Of a DNA stretch of 64,000 bases, positions 48,500 through 58,900 are shown piece by piece. This DNA comes from Acidobacteriota bacterium (GTDB taxonomy: Bacteria; Acidobacteriota; Blastocatellia; RBC074): positions 30,822-94,821 of the forward strand of contig JBBIWA010000009.1 of assembly GCA_037439425.1 (NCBI GenBank), read 5' to 3'. Made by a program: the position numbers and the translations under genes. How positions within the stretch are numbered: position 1 is the stretch's first letter; every line of letters starts with the position of its first letter. The notes below the pieces were generated by a model. The model ran no database searches, was not told the DNA's origin, and saw nothing but the letters and a program-made list of their open reading frames with translations.

Positions 48500-49831
48500 A
48501 TGAAGATAACTAGGAAAGAAAAAGAAGAGCAGTTAGAAAAAGTTTTACAGTCTCAGGCGCTCAAGGGGTCAGAGAACCTAAGGGAGTTCCTCCGGTTCGT
48601 GGTCCTCAAAGCGATGGAGCATCAGGAAGAGCATCTGAAAGAGTATGTCATCGCCACTGAGGTCTTCGGTCGGGGGAGCAATTTCGATCCCCGGGTCGAT
48701 TCAGTCGTGCGAGTCCAGGCCGGCAGGCTGAGGACCAAACTGCATGAATACTATGCGACCGAAGGAAAGCACGACAAGGTCGTGATTGATCTGCCCAAGG
48801 GGCAGTATGTTCCGGTCTTCTCCTACAATCAAACTGACAACGGTGCAGCTAGCGTTGCGCCGTCAGGCTCCCAGCTGAGTCTAGCCGAAGCGCGTATGAT
48901 TCCCGCTCACTGGTGGCAATGGATCACAGTAGGGATGATGACGGCTGCTTTGCTTTTCGGCCTGTGGGGTTTTAGTTACCGCTCAGAAGCACTCCATCTA
49001 AGAGAAGCACTGAGCTCAATAGCGGCTGGCGCGGTCGACCGGCAGGCGGCCTTACCCTTATGGGGCGATCTTCTCAGCTCACCCGAGCCGATTCTGGTCG
49101 TCTACAGCAACACGCTCTTTGAGGGATCGGCTGAAACTGGCATGAAACTGCTCAAACCGCTAGATGCTCCTGGAAGCACTCTCGGCTCGCCCGTCTTGCC
49201 GCAAAGCGAGATCGAAAAGAGCACTCAACCGCTGACCGAGCACTATACTGGTACCGGTGAGGTCATGGGTGCGTGGTTTCTGGGAGACTTCTTTGCTAAG
49301 GTCGGGCACTCAGCGCGGATGAAGCGCAGCCTCCTGCTCACCTGGGAAGACCTCAAGACCGAAAACATCGTAGTGCTCGGTTCTCCGGCAGAGAATTTCT
49401 TTCTCCGAGATCTGCCGCAAAATCAGGACTTCATCTTTCGCCCGCTGAAGGATGAAAAGGGGCGGAACACTTTCGGCATCGTCAATACCAAACCTCAGGA
49501 TGGTGAAGAGCAGATCTATCTGGCTAAACAGGAAGGCCGTTCGCGCAGTCAGATCTCAGAAGACTATGCGGTCGTGAGCCTGCTGCGCGGCTTGAGCGAA
49601 AAGAACCGGATGTTGATCCTGGCCGGTATTACTACGCTCGGCACGCAAGCCGCTGTTGAATATGTCACCCGGCCGGAATATCTCAAAGACCTGATTGCTC
49701 ATCTCAACCTGGCCCCGCCCGGTGCCCCGCCGCGCCTACCACCCTATTATCAGGTGCTGATTAAAGTGAAAGTCAATGGCGGCGTGCCGGTGCATGTCTC
49801 TTACGTTTCTCACCACGCTCTGAATCAGTGA
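48500..49831 (+). CDS. Membrane-anchored winged-helix transcriptional regulator (ToxR/CadC/OmpR-C-like DNA-binding domain, one TM, periplasmic domain)
   Basis: LREFLRFVVLKAMEHQEEHLKEYVIATEVFGRGSNFDPRVDSVVRVQAGRLRTKLHEYYATEGKHDKVVIDLPKGQYVPVF fits the trans_reg_C pattern. The TM segment is WWQWITVGMMTAALLFGLWGF. Confidence 0.65.
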   Translation: MKITRKEKEEQLEKVLQSQALKGSENLREFLRFVVLKAMEHQEEHLKEYVIATEVFGRGSNFDPRVDSVVRVQAGRLRTKLHEYYATEGKHDKVVIDLPKGQYVPVFSYNQTDNGAASVAPSGSQLSLAEARMIPAHWWQWITVGMMTAALLFGLWGFSYRSEALHLREALSSIAAGAVDRQAALPLWGDLLSSPEPILVVYSNTLFEGSAETGMKLLKPLDAPGSTLGSPVLPQSEIEKSTQPLTEHYTGTGEVMGAWFLGDFFAKVGHSARMKRSLLLTWEDLKTENIVVLGSPAENFFLRDLPQNQDFIFRPLKDEKGRNTFGIVNTKPQDGEEQIYLAKQEGRSRSQISEDYAVVSLLRGLSEKNRMLILAGITTLGTQAAVEYVTRPEYLKDLIAHLNLAPPGAPPRLPPYYQVLIKVKVNGGVPVHVSYVSHHALNQ

Positions 49832-49841
49832 TTAACGCCTA

Positions 49842-52574
49842 TCAGCGTCTCGGCGGTGGCCCGAGCTCAAGCTGGATCGTCTGCCGCGCGTAGCTACCGC
49901 GCTCAGCTTGCGGCATAATCACGCGCAATCGGGTCTGAATCAATGAATCTCCCCTCGTGGAGAGCAATTCTGCGTTAACTACCTTCAAGGTGGGCTTGTG
50001 GCTCTGCACGAGCAGTTCATAAGTTGCTCCACTGAGTCCTTCGATCTCAAGACGCAGAGTGTTCTCGCTCGCATCGGCCCCGAGCAGCTTGAGAGCCTGT
50101 GAGCTATCACCCACACGCAAGGCAGTACGCTTGAAGACGACTTCTGTACCAGGCACGTACTCAATTTCGACGAGTGTTTCGCCTGTGACGTTGAGCTTGA
50201 TCTGGCAGATCAGACTGTGAGTCGCACGGATGAGGTCATATTTCGTTTCTCGCTCGTTGACGCGCACGCGGCGAATCTCAGCATCGAGCGGGAAGCTGGG
50301 AGCAAAGAGAATCTCTGCCGGCCTTGAGTTCTCCCCTAGCTGAATTCGCTCAGCACTCAAGCGCATTACTCTAAACACTGTTCGAGACTTTGCCTCAAGG
50401 CTCGGCGCGCTTCTCCCCAACGAAAGGTTCCACCGCTGATCACCCAGCCGAAAGTTTTTGACCATCACTTCATCCCAATCCGCCGGCAGTTGCGGCGCGA
50501 AGGTGAGGCGATGACGTGTGGCATCGGCTTCCAGCCCCAGCAGCCCATGCACCATCGGCGAAACGACCATCGCGCACGACCAGATTTGATGGTGGCTGCT
50601 GCGCCCGAAGGCTTGATTGAGCTCGCCCGAGAGCAATTCAGTCACATAGCCGAGCGCGTTGTCGTAAGTGAGCAGCGCGTTCGCCATCATATAGTCATAG
50701 CCGATATGCGCACGATAATACTTGTATGCCGCCATCGCAGCCCACCCGGTAAAGAGCGGCCAGACCGAGCCGTAGTGATAACTGAGCGGATCATAAAGCA
50801 GACTTTGATTTGACAAAATCCGCGCGCCCCAATCCGCGCTGAGCTCAGCCGAGCCGAGCCGATCAAGCATTTGATCGGCTCGCTTCTCATCGAGCAAGCG
50901 CCACCACATCGGCACTGCAGGCAGCACCGTCACTTCATCAATCAGCTTTGACCGGCGCAGCTCTCCCATACGGCTTTTGCGCGCCGGGTCTTTTTCCTCA
51001 CGCTCATCCTCGCCTGGCTCGCTGCGCGGTAGGTTGGTAGCGAAAGCATAGATCTTTTGTGATTCGACCCAGTAAGTCTCTTCTACCGCCTGGCGCGCAC
51101 GCTCGGCTTGTTGGCGCGCCTGCTGCGCAAGTTGCGCATCAATACCGAGCATCTCGGCCATCTCGGCCAGTGAACGCAGCGCCTGGATCCACAGGCCCTG
51201 CTGATAGATCTCTTCGTGCGGCGGATAGAGCCTGCCGCCTTCGACCCAGCCGTGTCCGACTTTGGTATTCTCGATCAGGCCGTTGCCATCGGTGTCTGTC
51301 GCAGCCGAGAAGCGATAGGCTTTGACAATCGAATCCCAATTGGCACGGATGAAGTCGCCATCGCCGCTTGCCCGCAGATAATCGGCGTGTGCAATGATGT
51401 AAAGCGGCGTGGCATCGGCGCTTGCCCAGGGATAGGGGTAGTCAGTAAACCAGGGGATCAAGCTGGCCGCTTGCGAAATCTCGTGTGGAATCTTGCCATC
51501 TTCACGCTGGAATTTCTTGAGGAAATTAAGAGCTGCGCGTGTCGTCGCAAAGTCACCATACGAGTTGATCGCCAATGCTGTCCACAACGCATCGCGCCCG
51601 AAGAACCAGGCAAAACCTGGTCGCTCGCTGTTGCCCGAGGTGCGAAAACCTGCGATCAGTCCCGTGCCCAGAAACGGATTGGTTGCCACCCCTTTGTCAA
51701 TCCCTACCTTCGCCCACGCAAAAGCGGTGTTGAGACGTTCATCCGGCGTGGTGATGCTGAGCATCTCTTCCTGTAATCGCCGGTAATGAGCGACTGTCTG
51801 TTCGTAGAGTGGTTGAATCTGGCTCAAGAGCTTCCGGTAAGTCGCTCGCGCCTGCGCGCGCCCTTGCACGCTGCCAGCGATGATGATCGGAATAAAGCTC
51901 GTGCGTAGCGTCTGGATTGGCACATCAATCACAAAGCGTACTGGCGCGTCGCGTGGCTCTTCCTGATAAGGCATAACCGAAACGTCTTTAGCTACAGGGG
52001 AGCCGACCACCCCAACGAAACGGTTGGTCTCCTCGGTCAGGAAGTAGGCGCTTTCACGCTTATCCCACTCCACATTGCCGGTCATCAATCCGGCTGGCCA
52101 CATTAAACTCAGCTTGGGACGAAATGAGCCGATGATCTGAAGCGGCAGCACCGCCTCCACATCGAGCAGCATCACCAGGCCAGGTTCATCAATCGGCGCG
52201 AAGAGCGTCTGGCGCACGGTGAAAGCCGCGTGCGAGTAAGTGAAGCTCGTCGCTTCAGGCCGCACGTTGATGCGCACTTGCAGATCGCGCCCATCGTATT
52301 CGAGCGGATAACCTTCGAGCTGGAATGAGAGGTGAAAGTCATCAAAGATCTTGAGCGGATAGACCCATGCCTCCAACGTCCGATTCTCGTAGCCTACGAT
52401 CACGGCGCGCCGCCCGACCACATCAAAGAACGAGCCTGATTGCGTGCGCCGTTCAAGTTCCAGCCCGCTTTTGGGCAATGAAAGTTTAGGCGGCAGTGGG
52501 GGGAGCGAGCCGGATTGAGCGAAGAGCGCAGACATAGGCACAAGCAACAACAAAACGCAGAATGCAGCTTTCAA
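49842..52574 (-). CDS. Secreted six-hairpin glycoside hydrolase, amylo-alpha-1,6-glucosidase / GDE_C-like
   Basis: Signal peptide. The central region GFAWFFGRDALWTALAINSYGDFATTRAALNFLKKFQREDGKIPHE...ADATPLYIIAHADYLRASGD resembles the GDE_C (glycogen-debranching C-terminal) (alpha/alpha)6 domain. Confidence 0.65.
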   Translation of the reverse strand: MKAAFCVLLLLVPMSALFAQSGSLPPLPPKLSLPKSGLELERRTQSGSFFDVVGRRAVIVGYENRTLEAWVYPLKIFDDFHLSFQLEGYPLEYDGRDLQVRINVRPEATSFTYSHAAFTVRQTLFAPIDEPGLVMLLDVEAVLPLQIIGSFRPKLSLMWPAGLMTGNVEWDKRESAYFLTEETNRFVGVVGSPVAKDVSVMPYQEEPRDAPVRFVIDVPIQTLRTSFIPIIIAGSVQGRAQARATYRKLLSQIQPLYEQTVAHYRRLQEEMLSITTPDERLNTAFAWAKVGIDKGVATNPFLGTGLIAGFRTSGNSERPGFAWFFGRDALWTALAINSYGDFATTRAALNFLKKFQREDGKIPHEISQAASLIPWFTDYPYPWASADATPLYIIAHADYLRASGDGDFIRANWDSIVKAYRFSAATDTDGNGLIENTKVGHGWVEGGRLYPPHEEIYQQGLWIQALRSLAEMAEMLGIDAQLAQQARQQAERARQAVEETYWVESQKIYAFATNLPRSEPGEDEREEKDPARKSRMGELRRSKLIDEVTVLPAVPMWWRLLDEKRADQMLDRLGSAELSADWGARILSNQSLLYDPLSYHYGSVWPLFTGWAAMAAYKYYRAHIGYDYMMANALLTYDNALGYVTELLSGELNQAFGRSSHHQIWSCAMVVSPMVHGLLGLEADATRHRLTFAPQLPADWDEVMVKNFRLGDQRWNLSLGRSAPSLEAKSRTVFRVMRLSAERIQLGENSRPAEILFAPSFPLDAEIRRVRVNERETKYDLIRATHSLICQIKLNVTGETLVEIEYVPGTEVVFKRTALRVGDSSQALKLLGADASENTLRLEIEGLSGATYELLVQSHKPTLKVVNAELLSTRGDSLIQTRLRVIMPQAERGSYARQTIQLELGPPPRR

Positions 52575-52592
52575 GTTCGCCTCCCTGATCCT

Positions 52593-54380
52593 TTATCTGT
52601 TGCTCGCCGGCTTCACCACACCAACTCCCTCTTTGACGCTCACAATCTGATTAGCAGCGATCTCTTTGATCAGTTCAATTTGCCCGCTGGGCCAGCGAAT
52701 CTCGATCTGCTCAGCCTTGGTGTTTGCGCCCAAGCCGAAATGCAGGCGCAGATCATTGTGCGAATAGTAGCTCGCTTGGCTGGTGACCTCTTGCGTCTGC
52801 CAGCGCCCGCCTGCTCGCAAACGGAGGCGCGCGCCGATAGCCGTGCGATTCGACTTCGTGCCAATCAGCTTCAGCTTGAGCCAGTTGTTCGCGCCACGCC
52901 TGCCGGCACTGATGTAATCGTTGCGCAGCAGCGAGGGCCGTTCGTTCATATTCATAATCAGTACGTCCACATCGCCATCATTATCAAAATCCCCAAAGGC
53001 GCAGCCCCGGCTTGAATGCAGAGCGGTCGCTCCCGGCCCGGCCTGCGCCGAGACATCCTGGAAGCGCCCATTGCCGAGATTGCGATAGACCAGGCGCGGA
53101 TTGCGGTGCGGATACTCCTTGAAATACTGCTCAACCTCAGGATAGACGTTGCCGGCCACGGTGAAAATATCGGGCCAGCCATCGTTATCAAAATCTACCA
53201 GCCCTGTGCCCCATTGCACATAGCGCGTATGATCGAAGCCCGCCGCCCGCGAAACGTCTTCAAAAAATCCGCGAGCCGTATTTTGATAAAGCACCGGCAG
53301 GTCGTCAGCGAAGTGGGTCTTGAAGATGTCCAGCAACCCATCGCCATTGTAATCGCCCACAGCCAGGCCCATCCCGGCCTGCGCCTGACCATTTTCGTTG
53401 TAAGCTGTGCCAGTCTCCAGCGCGACATCGGTGAAGGTGCCATCCCGGTTGTTGCGATAGAGAATGCTCGCCGTTGAATCGCAAGCGACATAGATATCGG
53501 GCCAGCCATCGGCGTTGAAATCGGTCACCACCGCTGTCATCGGGTAACGCTCGTGCACTTTACTGATGCCCGAAGCTTCAGAAAGATCGGTGAAGGTGCC
53601 ATCGCCATTGTTGCGGTAAAACAGATTGACATCCGTAGGCAGTCCCTTCGGACCGCAATTGACCGGGATGCCCTTCCATAAGCAAGCCCCCTGGCCGGGT
53701 TCAGGGGCTGATTCCAGGTCGAACTTCAAATAGTTGGCGACAAACAGATCCAGATCCCCATCGCGATCGTAATCGATGAAGGTGCAACCCGATCCCCAGC
53801 GCGTGCCTTGCGTCGCCACTCCAGCCTGCGCAGTGACATCTTTGAATCTGCCCTTGCCTTCATTGCGATAGAGCACATTCTGCCCCCAGTAGGTGATGAA
53901 CAGATCATCGTTACCGTCATTATCATAATCGCCAACGCAGACAGCCGAAGCCCAGCCTGTGCGCTGCAACCCCGAGCTGGCAGTCACATCGGTGAAAGTG
54001 GCGTTGCGATTATTGCGATATAACCTGAGGGTCGGCGCCTTCCCTTGCGGAAAGCCTTCCAGCCGCGTTCCGTTCAAAAGCAGGATGTCCATCCAGCCAT
54101 CGTGGTCATAATCAAAGAAAGCGACGCCGCAACCGTTGGTCTCGATGATGTAGCGCTTTTTCTCTATGCCGCCGTAAATGATCGGCTCGGTGAGCCCCGC
54201 CTGCTGGGCGATATCAATAAAGCTAACTGGAAAATTGTTTACGCCATCGCCACCTGCTACGGCTGCAATGAAGGCTACTGACAAAAGCGAGACGAGAGCG
54301 GAAAGCAAAAGGCGCAAGGCAGCCACTCCGAAGGCTGCCACGTAGGAGCAAGCATCTTTCTTACGGCCTGAGCTATTCAT
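52593..54380 (-). CDS. CRTAC1-family protein (FG-GAP/VCBS beta-propeller repeats plus ASPIC/UnbV C-terminal domain)
   Basis: Repeated motifs DYDxDGxxDL(F/Y)(V/I)xN...LYRNxxxGxFTDV, and a C-terminal NNWLKLKLIGTKSNRTAIGARLRLRAGG...YYSHNDLRLHFGLG (UnbV_ASPIC). Confidence 0.85.
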   Translation of the reverse strand: MNSSGRKKDACSYVAAFGVAALRLLLSALVSLLSVAFIAAVAGGDGVNNFPVSFIDIAQQAGLTEPIIYGGIEKKRYIIETNGCGVAFFDYDHDGWMDILLLNGTRLEGFPQGKAPTLRLYRNNRNATFTDVTASSGLQRTGWASAVCVGDYDNDGNDDLFITYWGQNVLYRNEGKGRFKDVTAQAGVATQGTRWGSGCTFIDYDRDGDLDLFVANYLKFDLESAPEPGQGACLWKGIPVNCGPKGLPTDVNLFYRNNGDGTFTDLSEASGISKVHERYPMTAVVTDFNADGWPDIYVACDSTASILYRNNRDGTFTDVALETGTAYNENGQAQAGMGLAVGDYNGDGLLDIFKTHFADDLPVLYQNTARGFFEDVSRAAGFDHTRYVQWGTGLVDFDNDGWPDIFTVAGNVYPEVEQYFKEYPHRNPRLVYRNLGNGRFQDVSAQAGPGATALHSSRGCAFGDFDNDGDVDVLIMNMNERPSLLRNDYISAGRRGANNWLKLKLIGTKSNRTAIGARLRLRAGGRWQTQEVTSQASYYSHNDLRLHFGLGANTKAEQIEIRWPSGQIELIKEIAANQIVSVKEGVGVVKPASNR

Positions 54381-55433
54381 TTATTTGTCGTTTTTGCCGG
54401 CTTCACTTCGCAACCGATCTGCGATCTCGAATTCTTTCCTGGCTTCCTCCAGACGGTTAGCCTGTTGCAGCACTTGAGCCAGAGTGTAATGGCCGGTAGC
54501 ATTGTTCGGGTCCATCTTAAGGGCACGCCGCAAGATGCTCTCGGCGTTGGCGAGATCACCCTTCTTCAAATAGACCTTGCCCAGGACGATGAACGGGCCG
54601 CTGAAATAGGGATTGAGCCAGATGGCCTTCTGTAGCGGCGCTATCGCTTCGTCCCATTTGAGCTGGCGAGTGTAGGCTTCGCCGAGCATGTAATAGGCCA
54701 TGGCGAAAGCTGGATTGAGGGCAATCTCTTTCTTGAGCAGCTCGATGCCGCGCTCCAGCTCAGCGCGATAGATGGCCAGCTCGCCCAGCAGAAAGTTGGC
54801 CTGTGGCAGTTTCGGATCGAGCGCGAGGGCTTTTTCTAGCTCCTTCTCAGCCAATGCTTCGACCTGCTGGCGCATCATCATCTGAGCATTCATCAGGTAA
54901 GCCGCAGCCGAGTCTGGCGGAAGCGAAAACATCCGCGCAAAGGCCTGGCGCGCGAGGTCAGGATTTTGCGTGCGAATGTAGCACAGGCCCAGGACATAGG
55001 CCATCTCGACATTATCAGGCGCCCAATTCTTGATCTGTTCGAGGTATGGAATGGCCTCTTTACTGCGCCCCAGCAAGTAGTACGACAGGCCGAGCAACTG
55101 CGCCGCTTGCTGGTATTGTTTGCTGCTTTCGCGTCCCGGCTTGACGCTCAGCGACAGATACTCAACGGCGCGACTATAGTTGCCCTTCTGATAGTAGGCC
55201 AGACCCAGCAGATGATTGATCAACGGCTCATTCGACTCGGACTTCGCCGCCGTTGACAACAACTCAATGGCTGCATCCAGTTCTCCGGCCTTCAAGAGCG
55301 CTTGCGCCTGTTCGACCACTGAAGAAGCGGCTTGAGTCCTGGCAGGCGACGTTTCGGTTTGGCCTAAAACAGGGACAGCGAGTAGCGCCGTCCAAACTAA
55401 CAGCAGCAATGAATCGAGGCGGAACTTGATCAT
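54381..55433 (-). CDS. TPR repeat protein (secreted/lipoprotein-like). Its stop abuts the CRTAC1 start
   Basis: Signal peptide, then multiple TPR units (LGLAYYQKGNYSRAVEYL..., AYYMLGEAYTRQLKWDEAIAPLQKAI...). Confidence 0.8.
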   Translation of the reverse strand: MIKFRLDSLLLLVWTALLAVPVLGQTETSPARTQAASSVVEQAQALLKAGELDAAIELLSTAAKSESNEPLINHLLGLAYYQKGNYSRAVEYLSLSVKPGRESSKQYQQAAQLLGLSYYLLGRSKEAIPYLEQIKNWAPDNVEMAYVLGLCYIRTQNPDLARQAFARMFSLPPDSAAAYLMNAQMMMRQQVEALAEKELEKALALDPKLPQANFLLGELAIYRAELERGIELLKKEIALNPAFAMAYYMLGEAYTRQLKWDEAIAPLQKAIWLNPYFSGPFIVLGKVYLKKGDLANAESILRRALKMDPNNATGHYTLAQVLQQANRLEEARKEFEIADRLRSEAGKNDK

Positions 55434-55700
55434 GGATTTCCCTTTGCTTACCCGTTCTGGAGTAGGAAGAGTTTAACCCGATTAGGAAGCCGGATCAACG
55501 AAGCTGCAAACACCAACTGGCCTATCAACCTTAAGCCCCCGCTCTTTACTTGCAGCACGCAGGCTTGGTGATATAATCTGGCGCCTCACAGCAATTTCGT
55601 CTCTCAATCCTATGTTTTATTCGATCACTCCTAGCTGAGCTATGGTGAGGAGCCACATTTTTAGGGGAGCACTTTTACCGCAGTTTGATGATCTTCAACG

Positions 55701-55795
55701 CCTGGGCAGGCACGTTTGCGAGCGTGTCAGAGTTCGGACAGCAACCCGCTGGCCGCGGGTACGCAAGGATGCGTGTACTCCCAGGGATTTCCTAA
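55701..55795 (+). repeat. Type-1 structured repeat, unit C1 (TIR-to-TIR portion)
   Basis: cctgggcaggcacgtttgcgagcgtg ... gggtacgcaaggatgcgtgtactcccagggatttcc. Confidence 0.8.
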
Positions 55796-55900
55796 GCCTG
55801 GGTAACGCACGCTTCTAGCGTGCTTGCTCTGCGGTAATAGCCTACTCGACGAAGACAGGCACGCAAGGATGCGTGCGCTCCCAGGATTTTCCGAAGGAGG
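55796..55900 (+). repeat. Type-1 structured repeat, unit C2. Its tail ccgaaGGAGGaaacc supplies the RBS of the TonB-dependent receptor gene
   Basis: agcctgggtaacgcacgcttctagcgtgc...aggcacgcaaggatgcgtgcgctcccaggattttccgaaggaggaaaccATG. Confidence 0.8.
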
Positions 55901-55905
55901 AAACC

Positions 55906-58900
55906 ATGAAACAACTGCTCCTGACATCAATTCTATTGACCGTTTGCTGCTCTCTGGCGGTGGAGTCAGCCAGGGCGCAGGGTTTCACTGCTACTATTCG
56001 CGGCACGGTGACTGATGCAACTGGTGCGGTCGTTCCAGGTGTAACCATCACCGTGCAGAATGCTAATAAGGGCTGGACCAGAACAGCTACGACCAACGAA
56101 TCTGGCGATTATGTCGTCACCCAGTTGCCTGTAGACACTTACACTATCACGGCGCAGATGACCGGATTCAAGACCGAAGTGCGGCAAGGCATCGTCTTGC
56201 AAGTCGGGCAAGAAGCGCGCATCGACTTCAGTCTGGGTGTGGGCAGTACGGAAGAGAAGATCATCATCGCGGCAGTAGCGCCGCTGGTGCAGTCCGAAAA
56301 CGCGATGGTCGGCAATGTCATTGACGAGCAGAAGGTCAAAGAGCTGCCGCTTAATGGGCGCATCTTCTGGCAACTGGCGCAACTGGCGCCCAATGTCTTC
56401 AATCCGCCGCAAGGCTCCACGCTCGGCTTCCGGGGCGGATTCAACGTGGCGGGCAATCCAGAGGTCAACAACAACTTCATTCTGGACGGCATTGACAACA
56501 ATGATGAGACCACCGCGCAGCCTACGCATCGTCCCTCGATTGATGGCATCCGCGAGTTCAAAGTGTTGACCGGTATCTACAGCGCCGAGTATGGACGCCA
56601 ATCAGGTGGACAGATTGTCATCACCACTAAATCAGGCACCAATGAATATCACGGCACCGTCTTTGAATTCCTGCGCAATGACAATCTCGACGCGCGCGAC
56701 TTCTTCATGCGCGCCAGACCAGGCCAAAAACGCCGTTCTGAACTGCCTGAGCTGAAGCGCAATCAGTTTGGCGCATCCGGCGGTGGCCCGATCATCAAAG
56801 ATCGAACTTTCTTCTTCGGCACTTACGAAGGCTTGCGGCTCAGCGAGGGCGTGGCCAGATTGGGAAGTGTGCCGACGGAAAAGATGCGTCGCGGTGATCT
56901 CTCCGAGCTGTCAGGCACGATTCGCGATCCCCAAACGGGTCAGCCATTCCCCAATAATCTCATTCCAGATAGCCGGATTCATCCCACCAGTCGCGCCCTG
57001 CTTCAGTACTGGCCTTTGCCGAACCAGCCTGGAACAGTCAATAACTTCGCTTTGAACCGGGTGCGCACGGAGAATCAGAATCAGTTCTCAGTCAGGATAG
57101 ACCACAAGTTTTCCGACAAGAACAATTTCTTCGGCAGCTATCAGTTCAATCAGCGTAAGAGTTTCGAGGCCTCAAACCCGCTGTGCGGCTCGCGCGTGCT
57201 TCCGCAATTCGGGTGCACCGAGCCGGAGCGCACGCAGCATATCTCGCTGGTTGACACCCACGTTTTCACTACGCGGCTGCTGAACGAATTCCGCATCGGT
57301 TATAACCGCATGCGCACCAATCGCTTTCAGGAAGATATGATCCTGGGCAATGTGGTGCAGAAGCTGGGAATACCGCAAGGTGGAGCCAATGGGCTGGCCG
57401 GGCCCGATTTCTTCAACACTGGTGTCCCTGAAGTGGTAGTCACGGGATTGGCGACTATTGGTGGGCCGACCAATCTGCCTCAAGGGAGAAGAACCAACAC
57501 CTACAACATCGTAGATAACATCACCTACACCTGGGGCAACCACACGATCAAAGGCGGGTTTGACTACAAACATTTCATCTTCAACTCTTTCTTCACCCAG
57601 GATGGGCGTGGCAACTTTACTTTTAACGGGCAGTTTACCGGCAATGCCTATGCTGATTTCTTGCTTGGCTTGCTGCGCTCGACACGACGCGCGCCGGGCC
57701 TGCCCTTCTCAAATACCTTCACCTCTTCGCACGGCTACTATGTGCAGGATGACTGGAAGGTGACGCAGAAGTTGACGCTCAATTACGGCCTGCGTTATGA
57801 GCTGAGCTTCCCTGAACTGGAGCGCGTCAATAAGATGTCGAGCTTCGATCCCAAGACGGGGCGCGTGCCGGTGGCGGATGGCCGGTTGCTCGATGTTGAT
57901 ACTGCCACTGGCAATTTGATCACCGTTGGCCAATCACCCCTGGGGCGCAGGCTGTGGAAGCTGGATAAAAACAACTTCGCTCCGCGCTTCGGCTTTGCCT
58001 GGCGGCCATTTGGCGATAATCGCACTGTGGTCCGCGGTGGCTATGGCATCTTCTACAACCACATCGTGGCTGGTAACGGGCTGTCGCCGATGTTCCGTGG
58101 AATCCCTTTCCGCTTCCGCCAAACCTTCACAAACACGACGACCCGTGTGATCGCCACTTGGGAGAATCCTTTCCCCTCCGGAGTAGCTGTTGGGGGCTTC
58201 ACTCCAGAAGGGATCAATCCCGACTTCCCATCAGCTTACATCCAACAGTGGAGCCTGGGTATTCAACGTGAGTTGACACCCAATCTGGTAGTAGAGGCGA
58301 CCTATCTTGGATCGAAGGGGACTCACCTGCCCTTGATCTTCAATATCAATAAACCCACACCGGGGCCGGGTACGATTCAACCCCGTCGCCCATATCCCCA
58401 GTGGAGCAGCATCAACTGGCGCGATGCCGTAGGGACCTCAAATTTCAACAGTCTGGCCTTGCGCCTGGAGCATCGCTTCTCGCATGGACTGTCAGCTTTA
58501 GTCTCCTGGACGATCTCCAAGTCCATAGACTTGGGAGCGCCGCCATCCACGAGTGGTACTGGCGAAGCTGGCGTTCAGGATCCAAGGAACTTAAGGGCTG
58601 AGCGCGGGCTGTCCGAATTCGACTCGCGCCATCGCTTCATCACCAGCGTCGTTTACGAGCTGCCCTGGGGGCCTGGCAAACGCTGGTTCAGTAGTGCGCG
58701 CGGCGTGTTAGCTCAGATCGTCGGTGGCTGGCAAGTGACAGGCATTTTGCTGTTGCAATCGGGCAGACCTTTTACGGTCATTACCAGCAGGGATATTTCC
58801 AACACCGGCGGAGCGAACCGGCCTAACCTGATTGGCAACCCGAAGCTAGACAAGCCGACGCCGGAGCGGTGGTTTAATACCGACGCTTTCTCTGATACTC

